DNA of 64,000 nucleotides from a bacterium (GTDB lineage Bacteria; Babelota; Babeliae; Babelales; RVW-14): NCBI GenBank assembly GCA_016699045.1, contig CP064957.1, positions 537,784 to 601,783 of the forward strand, read 5' to 3'. Shown piece by piece: positions 56,845 to 64,000 of this stretch (position 1 is its first letter; each line of letters starts with the position of its first letter). The notes under the pieces were generated by a model. It saw only the letters and a program-made list of their open reading frames with translations, ran no database searches and was not told where the DNA came from. The position numbers and the translations under genes were made by a program.

Positions 56845-56879
56845 AAAAAGAGCCGCTGTAAAAAACAGCGGCTCTTTTT
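56845..56879. terminator. bidirectional intrinsic terminator
   Basis: AAAAAGAGCCGCTG (56845-56858), loop TAAAAAA, CAGCGGCTCTTTTT (56866-56879). Perfect 14-bp arms with A- and T-tracts, between convergent genes. Confidence 0.65.
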
Positions 56880-56907
56880 ATTAAACTTAATAACGTAAAA
56901 TTTACGC

Positions 56908-58073
56908 TTATACTACTTCTTCAGCTTCTTGAACAAAGTTAATGTCGTCATCATTGTCGCCAGCTAAAACATCTTCAAGAAGAAGATCTTCTTCTTTTTC
57001 TTCTTGAGTTGCAAGTCTGTAAGCAATCCATGCAGCAAGACCAACTCCAAGAGTACCAGAAATCAGTAATTTATTATCATTAACAGTTTTCTTAAATTCG
57101 CCAAATTTTTTAGCTAATTCAAAATGTTTCACAAATTCTTTTTGTGCAGGCTCTACAACTTGGTTCTTCAATGTGTTTTTACATGATTCAAATACAAGCC
57201 AACCAATAACTACGGTCATCACAGCTCCGGCAGCGTCAACAGCCTTGAAATCAATGCTTTTCTTTTCAATATCATCAAAAACAATTTCGCCAAGACTTCT
57301 ACCAACAACTTTTACATCATTCGGCATTCTGTACATAGTTTCGATAAAATCGCTCTGACAACGTTGGAAAAATTTGCAAACTTCGGGATTTGTAGGGTCT
57401 GCAAGCTCAAAGTATGTTTCTAAGAAATCAATATCAGCATCTGAAAGACCTTCAAGTGTGCGGCGTGCAAACAAATCTTGGCTCTCGGTAATTTCAAGTA
57501 CCAATAAAGGCTTTTTGCTTGGCATCATCACCATATTTCTAAAATGCTTTTCAAAGTACTTTCTCAAATTTTGGAAATCTTCAATATTGCGCAATACAAA
57601 TTTCATTGGCATGCCGGTTTGATATTGATCGACAAGAACGGTACCGTTGTACGTTCTGTCTGGCAAAGCACCGATTGTTTTGAGTGCTTTATCTAAAAAG
57701 CTACCAACAACGGTTTTGCGATACCCACGAAACTTTTGATCAAGTTTAAGGCAAGCATCTGCGTAAATAACGATATTTCTGATCGGCGTTAAATTTGCAA
57801 GATCGGCAGATTTTTTGCACGACGAGGGTTTTGTCCCTTATCGCGCGTACCACACATAACGGTATTAGATTCACTTTTTCCTGAGTGAAACACCATCATA
57901 TAAGGATCTTCGCTGATTGTTTTAAAAAAGCAGAACGGCTGATCAAGTGTTTTAAACTGATCTTTTGATTCCTGAGATACTTCACGACCTTTAACTAATG
58001 ACGTAATATCATAAGCTGATACCGAATTCATACAAAGCGCGATAGATAAAGCAAAAAGACTTCTCATCTTCAT
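56908..58073 (-). pseudogene. secreted/anchored hypothetical protein interrupted by a frameshift in a homopolymer (or sequencing error)
   Basis: ORF 57789-58139 has the signal peptide MKMRSLFALSIALCMNSVSA (from ATG 58073). The frame of ORF 56908-57666 stays open upstream to 57837. A seventh T at 57811-57816 fuses them: ...NPRRAKKSADLANLTPIRNIVIYAD... There is a C-terminal TM helix plus an acidic tail. Confidence 0.5.
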
Positions 58074-58182
58074 AATAGTTCCATCGTAAATAACCAACTG
58101 ACCACAACAAAAGAATAAATGCCCACAGGCATTTTGCATCGATCATAGTCTATGCAAACAATAATTTTTTTCAAGAAAATGC

Positions 58183-59139
58183 TTATAACACACACAAAAT
58201 TACCAAACTTAAAAACGCAATTATGGGATAAATCAATAAGATAGCAAACCACTTTGCATAAACATAACGCTGACAGATTATAAAAATACCGGCTGTTAAA
58301 AATGGGAAGCATGCTATTTGAAGATAAAATAATAGTCGCTCGATCATCGCTGCCAGCAACGCATGCCACGCATCAAACGCTAACAAGTCACGATAAAAAA
58401 ACAAACGCTGCAAAAGAATAAAAAGAGAAGGCTGTTCGTGCTGCATTGAAAGCCGCAAAAATAAACTGGGTAACGATAATGTTTCATTGAGTAAGATTTT
58501 TTGTTCGCACGATGTGGCAACAAAATATTGGCCGTCATGCAGTGTTAGTTGCTCGAGCTCATAATCAAGCGAAAAGGTGGGGGCGGTAAGAAGTTTTGCA
58601 AGAGAGCCATCAGCGTTTCGATAAACTAAAATAATGTCTTTGCCTGATGCCGTAGGCTCTAAAAAACCAATATAACAAAAAAGATGCTCATCCAACATAA
58701 GCCAGGTAGCAATAAGTCGCCCAGCAACGCCGCCCTTAAACGTCTCTTTTCTAAATTTTTCAGCACGGTCAACCGCCGTCAAAACACCAACTTCATAAAG
58801 CGGTACCGCAATTGCCAGCATTACTAAACCAACGCCAAAAAACGTGCGTAATAAGCGTGCTCGTTCAACCCCTAGTAACTGCAAGGTCTGCCACTCGCCA
58901 CGCTGCCACAACTCACGCACTACCATACAAGTCGTCAGCCAACAAGCAACCGGCCACATGCGCGCAAAAGTGGGCACCATGTTTAAGCTGGTAAAATAAA
59001 CAATCTGAGAAAAGGTCGCGTGCTGCACGCTTAACAATTTTTCGAAAAATTCGATAAAGTTATAAAGCAACGACAGAACAACGCTGATGCCAAAAAAAGT
59101 AGTGAAAAATAGCCTGTAAAAATAGCGCGTAAAAACCAT
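58183..59139 (-). CDS. LptF/LptG-family (YjgP/YjgQ) LPS export permease
   Basis: 318 aa. N-terminus YFYRLFFTTFFGISVVLSLLYNFIEFFEKL, a central soluble insert between TM3 and TM4, and three C-terminal TM helices. Confidence 0.6.
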   Translation of the reverse strand: MVFTRYFYRLFFTTFFGISVVLSLLYNFIEFFEKLLSVQHATFSQIVYFTSLNMVPTFARMWPVACWLTTCMVVRELWQRGEWQTLQLLGVERARLLRTFFGVGLVMLAIAVPLYEVGVLTAVDRAEKFRKETFKGGVAGRLIATWLMLDEHLFCYIGFLEPTASGKDIILVYRNADGSLAKLLTAPTFSLDYELEQLTLHDGQYFVATSCEQKILLNETLSLPSLFLRLSMQHEQPSLFILLQRLFFYRDLLAFDAWHALLAAMIERLLFYLQIACFPFLTAGIFIICQRYVYAKWFAILLIYPIIAFLSLVILCVL

Positions 59140-59150
59140 TGTTGAAGGAA

Positions 59151-59837
59151 CTATTTTTGCGGTTCTTCTAAACGCTCATATTTAATCAGAGATTCTGGCG
59201 TAATCAACCCGCACGATACTAACGTCTTAACAGCCTCTTCAAAAGTAATATCGGTATAAATCAAGTCACTCTCAGGCAAAATGAAAAAATAGCCAGTTGT
59301 TGGATTTGGTGAATTAGGCATAAATACTTTGAAATAACGCTCTTCTGGGTTTTTTTTAAGATGACTAGGAATAATTTTTTGATAACTGTCATCCGCTGAT
59401 TCGAGTAAAAAAGCCAAATGATAGTTGCCCAAGCGCGGGTACGAAATCAACACCACTTGGCGTGACTTGTCGGCGCCTTTTTTTTATATTCTAAAAAAAT
59501 CAACCAACATCTTTGCCGAAGAATAAACAATTCTGATAAAAGGTATTTTAACAATAAGTCGCTCAAAATAATGCACAATAGTATGTACAACAAATATCTT
59601 GAGCAAAAAACCAAGCAGCAAAATAAAGCCGGTTACCAGCAAAAATTCTGAACCATGAATTTTATGAAAAAATTCTGGCCCAACGTTGCGTAACGGCTCA
59701 AGAACTTTAAATGCAAAGTCATAAATAAATTTGATAAAAAATACCGTTAACGCAATCGGAATAATAGTAAATAGACCATTTAAAAAAAGTGATCGTACAA
59801 AAGCACCAATAGCCTGCAACGTTTTAACAATTTTCAT
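59151..59837 (-). pseudogene. DUF502-family membrane protein split by an in-frame TAA
   Basis: ORFs 59484-59909 (real start MKIVKTLQ, ATG 59835-59837) and 59151-59456 are in the same frame, separated by TAA at 59484-59486. Read-through gives VYSSAKMLVDFFRI*KKGADKSRQVVLISYPRLG...NSPNPTTGYFFILPESD, the usual single-protein DUF502 layout. Confidence 0.6.
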
Positions 59838-61191
59838 AAAATCCTTCAGTAGAAAGTGCCTGTTGCAAAGCTGTTGCCAACCGTTGAGCAAAACTGAGTG
59901 CCCGCTCATTTGTTGCAGCTTCTATCATAACACGCAATAAATTTTCAGTTCCTGAATAACGTACTAAAATCCTACCTTTTTGCAACTCTTGCTCATATTG
60001 TTGGATAATCCGAGCGAATGGCTGGTCCGCTAAATTGCGCTTATGCTCAACCGGAACGTTAACCAGCACCTGCGGATATTTTTCAGGCGAAGCCATATCC
60101 CAATTTTGCGTCGTCAGCATCGACTCTAAAATCTTAAGCGCCACAAAAATGCCATCGCCTGTCCGCGAGTAATCTTTAACGATGATATGCCCCGAGGTTT
60201 CGCCACCCAGCAAAATATCGCATTCTTCCATCATTGCCGATACATACTTATCGCCAACGGGAGTACGAATCAGCTGAACGCCAGCTTGCTGCATCGAATG
60301 CTCAAAACCACTGTTCGTCATCACCGTTCCCACTACCTGCTTGGAAAGCGCATAGCGCGGCAAACGCAACAACAAACTCAATACATCGTCACCATCTTTA
60401 ACCACACCAAACCGATTAACGGCAATCACACGATCGCCATCACCATCAAATGCAAAGCCGGCATGCGCTCCCAGCCTTACAACTTCAGCTTGAAGTGTTT
60501 GTGGGTGCAAGGCGCCACAGCCATGATTAATGTTGGTGCCAGTAGGCGCTGCATGCAACAGAACCACCTTTGCACCAAATTTTTCAAAAATCATGGGTGC
60601 TAGTTGGTAAGTTGCGCCATGAGCACAATCAAGCACAACAGTAATCCCCGCTAAAAAATTGTGCGGAAAAAATGATGCCACCAGATTGCCATATTCAGGC
60701 CCTGCTTGAGCCCACGAAGCAATCTGGATGTCAGAAATAACAAAATCAACTTCATCGTCCATGGCATTAAAATAATCTACTATTTCCTGCTCATCTTTTT
60801 TAGTCAACTTGCAATCACGCGCATCAAAAATCTTTAATCCATTGTCATGATACGGGTTGTGCGATGCCGAAACCATTACGCCAGCATCAAACGGTTGTTG
60901 TTCATGAGCAACATGATGAATCAATTGAAACACCGCCGGCGTTGGCACCACCCCAGCATCAATAACCTTAACACCAACTTGCTCAAGCCCTACCCTCACA
61001 GCAGCTTTAATACGCGGGCACGATTCACGCGTATCACTTGCTAACAAAAATTGTGGTTTTTGTTTAGCATATTTTTTAATCGCCCACAAACCCAACGCTT
61101 TTCCAAGTTTTTGCAACGAGGTAGTTGTAAACGGATACTCATGCGCCGGCCCACGAATGCCATCGGTACCAAAAGCAATAACTTGTTTCAC
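59824..61191 (-). CDS. glmM: phosphoglucosamine mutase
   Basis: GTG start at 61189-61191, 8 nt after AAAGGAA. FGTDGIRG, active-site loop SASHNPYHDNG, FDGDGDR, GGETSGH. Confidence 0.9.
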   Translation of the reverse strand: MKQVIAFGTDGIRGPAHEYPFTTTSLQKLGKALGLWAIKKYAKQKPQFLLASDTRESCPRIKAAVRVGLEQVGVKVIDAGVVPTPAVFQLIHHVAHEQQPFDAGVMVSASHNPYHDNGLKIFDARDCKLTKKDEQEIVDYFNAMDDEVDFVISDIQIASWAQAGPEYGNLVASFFPHNFLAGITVVLDCAHGATYQLAPMIFEKFGAKVVLLHAAPTGTNINHGCGALHPQTLQAEVVRLGAHAGFAFDGDGDRVIAVNRFGVVKDGDDVLSLLLRLPRYALSKQVVGTVMTNSGFEHSMQQAGVQLIRTPVGDKYVSAMMEECDILLGGETSGHIIVKDYSRTGDGIFVALKILESMLTTQNWDMASPEKYPQVLVNVPVEHKRNLADQPFARIIQQYEQELQKGRILVRYSGTENLLRVMIEAATNERALSFAQRLATALQQALSTEGFYENC

Positions 61192-61314
61192 GTTGATGAT
61201 TCCTTTTTTAATAATTAAAATCACAAGTTAGTGATGTTTTTTTGAACAATTTTCTTAATCGTAACGATTATGTTATAATAAAACAAGACTTCAGTCGTAA
61301 CAAACGAGGTAATT

Positions 61315-61956
61315 ATGAGTGTCTGGTTTTTCATTTCATGTTTCTTGATCGGCATTGCCGTATCGTCATCGGTTGGTCCCATTTTTATTTGGATTTTTAA
61401 TCACGGCGCACGCTACGGGTTTTTGAAAGCATTTCCAATAGGCCTTGGAGCAGCATTGGTTGATGGCATCTACTTTTCTCTAGGTTTATTGGGCGGCTTA
61501 AAATTACTTGAAACTTCAAAAAATATTCTTTTAGCCATGGACATTGTTGGCGGTATTCTTTTGATCATTCTTGGCTACCGCACCATCATGGAGCAACAAC
61601 GCATCGAAAATATTCATGTAAGCGGTTTTTTTAAGTCAACAGGCAAAGCGTTTATTGTCACACTCTTCAATCCGTTTACGGCTTTGTTTTTCATGATTGT
61701 CAGCGTTCAATTACTGCCAGTTGGCATACAAAAACTTTCAGCATGGCAGATTGGAATGGGCAGTGTTATGGTCTTTGGCGGCTCATTAACCGTTCTTTCA
61801 ACCGTCGGACTGATAGCTAGCTCGATTGGTAATGCCATTAACACCCGCGCTCTAAAATTGATTTCATTGTGTACCGGCACTCTTTTTCTTATTACCGGTA
61901 TTTATTTGCTCAGCGACTTTGTTTTAAATCTCATTAAAATTATTCGCTTACGATAA
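61315..61956 (+). CDS. LysE/RhtB-family amino-acid exporter
   Basis: 213 aa, about 6 TM helices. N-terminal IGIAVSSSVGPIFIWIFNHGARYGFLKAFPIGLGAALVDGIY is typical of the LysE family. Confidence 0.75.
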   Translation: MSVWFFISCFLIGIAVSSSVGPIFIWIFNHGARYGFLKAFPIGLGAALVDGIYFSLGLLGGLKLLETSKNILLAMDIVGGILLIILGYRTIMEQQRIENIHVSGFFKSTGKAFIVTLFNPFTALFFMIVSVQLLPVGIQKLSAWQIGMGSVMVFGGSLTVLSTVGLIASSIGNAINTRALKLISLCTGTLFLITGIYLLSDFVLNLIKIIRLR

Positions 61957-61991
61957 AAAAAAGCATCCACTTTTACGATGGATGCTTTTTT
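61955..61991. terminator. bidirectional intrinsic terminator
   Basis: A-run, AGCATCCA (61962-61969), 9-nt loop, TGGATGCT (61979-61986), then a T-run. Between convergent lysE-like and XRE-S24 genes. Confidence 0.6.
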
Positions 61992-62026
61992 ATTTTAGTT
62001 TCTAAAATAAAAATGGAAAATAATTT

Positions 62027-62698
62027 CTAGCTAAGCTTCTGGTAACGATGTGTTACTTTACCAACAACACGAAAATTATCTTTACCTCGAATCAATGCCA
62101 CCGGAGGATGTTTGTGGTTCACTGATTCAAGCACGATAAAGTCTTCCATGTACGTTACTTGCAAGATACCCTTGATTGGATTTTCGTTGCCATATTCAAC
62201 GGCAGCAATATCGCCAGATCGCGTCCATGTTTCAGGAGAAATAATTAAATAATCTCCCTTCACAAACGTTGGTGCCATGGCATTACTTTCAACATTTAAA
62301 CAAAACATTGAATCATCAGAGCTATTGAAAACTGGCACAAAAATATCTTTGTAGCCGGTTGTCACTTGCGTCAACTGATTGTTGTAAGGAGAAGGATTTG
62401 ATGGAATATCGCCCATCACTGGAACAATTTTGAGTTGAAGGTCAACTGCTGTTGTTTCAGGAATTTTGATATTAGTATCCACATTATCGGTTCTACTACG
62501 ACGTTGTGCGAACAAATCAACGGGATGAATGTCAAACGCATTAGCTAATTTTTTTAACGCGTCCTCATTCCAACGACGCGTACCATTTTTAATATGCGTC
62601 AAATAACTTTCGGACATACCGGTCTTTTCCGCAAGAACTTTGGTAGTCCACCCTCGTTCCCTCAGCAATTCTTTAACCCGTAACTCTGTTGAAGACAT
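62027..62698 (-). CDS. XRE-family HTH repressor with S24 (LexA/CI-like) self-cleaving peptidase domain
   Basis: Start at MSSTELRVKELL (ATG 62696-62698, 5 nt after AAGGAG). HTH is WTTKVLAEKTGMSESYLTHIKNG. The S24 part has ESNAMAPTFVKGDYLII (Ser) and RVVGKVTH (Lys). Confidence 0.8.
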   Translation of the reverse strand: MSSTELRVKELLRERGWTTKVLAEKTGMSESYLTHIKNGTRRWNEDALKKLANAFDIHPVDLFAQRRSRTDNVDTNIKIPETTAVDLQLKIVPVMGDIPSNPSPYNNQLTQVTTGYKDIFVPVFNSSDDSMFCLNVESNAMAPTFVKGDYLIISPETWTRSGDIAAVEYGNENPIKGILQVTYMEDFIVLESVNHKHPPVALIRGKDNFRVVGKVTHRYQKLS

Positions 62699-62947
62699 AA
62701 ATACTCCTTTCCACATAATGTAGCGCAACAAAGATCTTGTAGTATTAACTCGACAGCCTAGTCATATAAATCTGTTAAAATAATATAAACCATGTCAAAT
62801 AGAAATGCTATCAAAAAATTCAAGATGAATGACAAAAAAAATTGTTTCTTTGTGACAATTTTGTTCAAAATTTAATTTTTATTTCTTAAACTAACGCTTA
62901 CGAAGAAATCGTGCTCATAAAAAAAACCATATGAAATAAGCACAACT

Positions 62948-64000
62948 ATGAGATGTATCCGCCTATTTTTTGTAACACTCTTGGCCTTCACGAGCATTTC
63001 AATTATCACTACCTTTGCCTATACAATCAAACTTATCGACCAAGCTCAACACTTTGCAAAAAAAACAAGCAAGAAACCTTGGAACAATAAATTCTCAAAG
63101 AAAATATTTATGCTCACGGGAGAAGTTTCGGGTGATAAACTTGGCGCTTGGTACTTAAGAAAAATAAAAGAAAGCAGGGGCTCGGCCTCATGCCAAGCAC
63201 TCGGCAACAAATTTTTGCAAAAAGAGGGCGCTCAACTTCTTAAAAATTTTGACGAACTATACGTTGGTAATGGGCTTGCATCACTCATCAACACCCTGCC
63301 CCGCCAACTGACGCATTTTAATAATTTGGTTGATTACGTTTTAAAAAATAATTTTGCCGAGGTCGTACTGGTAGATTTTCCACTCATCAACATCCCGTTT
63401 GCTCGCGCACTCAAACTAGCCCAGCCAACTATTAACATCACGTTTATCGCTCCGCCAGAGTTATGGTTTTGGGGAACATGGCACCTCGATGATTTTTTAA
63501 AAGCGTATTGCGACACCATCATTGTTTTGTATCCGTATGAAGTTACTTGGTACCAATCCATTGGCATGAACGTAACATGGCTTGGCTATCCATACCGTGA
63601 TGAATTTGAGCTGTCCCTGCACAAACAGACACCAAAAGAAAAAATGATTGCCCTGCTGCCCGGCTCTCGCGCGGGCGAACTTAAAACCATGATGCCGCTC
63701 TTTATTGATTTTATTAAACAATTTTCAGAGCAATTTCCTGACGTACAGTATATTTTTCCTGTTGCTGCGTCATTTGAGCCAAGCATGCTCCAATATTATT
63801 TAGATCAAGCAAACATTAACACATCTCTAATTTCAATCATTCACGACGAAACAGAAAAGAAAGAGGCGTTAACTCGCTGCTGCCTTGTCATCAGCAAACC
63901 GGGAACCGTTACGCTTGAGCTAGCACTTTTAAACGTTCCCAGTATTGTCACGTACAAAGTTTCATGGCTTACGTATGTACTCACCAAACTATTCATTAAC
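62948..64000 (+). CDS. lpxB: lipid-A-disaccharide synthase, partial (runs off window end), with N-terminal hydrophobic extension
   Basis: Open frame from ATG 62948 to the window end (351 codons), so it is absent from the ORF track. KKIFMLTGEVSGDKLGAWYL, LLPGSRAGEL, SKPGTVTLELALLNVP are LpxB hallmarks. Confidence 0.8.
   Translation, partial: MRCIRLFFVTLLAFTSISIITTFAYTIKLIDQAQHFAKKTSKKPWNNKFSKKIFMLTGEVSGDKLGAWYLRKIKESRGSASCQALGNKFLQKEGAQLLKNFDELYVGNGLASLINTLPRQLTHFNNLVDYVLKNNFAEVVLVDFPLINIPFARALKLAQPTINITFIAPPELWFWGTWHLDDFLKAYCDTIIVLYPYEVTWYQSIGMNVTWLGYPYRDEFELSLHKQTPKEKMIALLPGSRAGELKTMMPLFIDFIKQFSEQFPDVQYIFPVAASFEPSMLQYYLDQANINTSLISIIHDETEKKEALTRCCLVISKPGTVTLELALLNVPSIVTYKVSWLTYVLTKLFIN

Noticed and set aside
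59484-59486. Stop-codon reassignment (TAA read as sense) to explain the split DUF502 gene
   Set aside because: TAA terminates many well-supported genes in this window at the expected C-termini (for example glmM, the lysE-like gene, the htrA-like gene). A genome-wide recoding is therefore not tenable.
63334-63786. Three minus-strand ORFs (63334-63567, 63497-63721, 63586-63786)
   Set aside because: They are antisense to an uninterrupted 351-codon lpxB frame with canonical motifs.
1-64000. CRISPR arrays, tRNA/rRNA genes, prophage or defence-system gene sets
   Set aside because: I saw no regularly spaced direct repeats, no cloverleaf-like or rRNA-like conserved segments, and no nuclease/ATPase/integrase genes apart from the IS30 relic.

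Overview
Chromosomal window from a diderm bacterium. I recognise no rRNA, tRNA or CRISPR array. About three quarters of it is one very large surface-glycan biosynthesis region. (i) 217-4603 (+) holds a polyprenyl-phosphate GT2 and two paralogous GT-C membrane transferases. (ii) 4775-32718 (-) is a ~28 kb tightly packed array with many ATGA start/stop overlaps. It encodes glycosyltransferases, SAM methyltransferases, sugar aminotransferases, two Capsule_synth (KpsS/KpsC-like) paralogs and gmd/fcl. It also encodes a pseudaminic-acid-type nonulosonic acid pathway (PseB/C/H/G/I/F-like) with a PP-loop acetamidino-type amidotransferase and an amidase-signature neighbour. (iii) 34701-52003 holds an MsbA-like ABC exporter, uxs, more GT4/CgeB-like transferases, ugd and methyltransferases. 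This region is split at about 39.8-45.3 kb by an A/T-rich island of secreted eukaryote-like proteins: two ankyrin-repeat proteins, a 686-aa protein with a legumain/caspase-type (clan CD) His-Cys dyad, an IS30 transposase relic, and an RBR-like (RING1-Rcat) ubiquitin-ligase-like protein. The right end (52-64 kb) is housekeeping (grpE, pssA, HtrA-like protease, tlyA, LptF/G-type permease, DUF502, glmM, LysE, XRE-S24 repressor, lpxB) with an embedded tandem-SET-domain gene. Six genes are interrupted at or next to homopolymer runs, which is either an assembly artefact or real pseudogenisation/phase variation. The effector-like island and the tandem SET protein suggest a host-associated, possibly intracellular lifestyle. 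The taxon cannot be assigned from the sequence alone. All family calls come from motif recognition by eye, not database searches.
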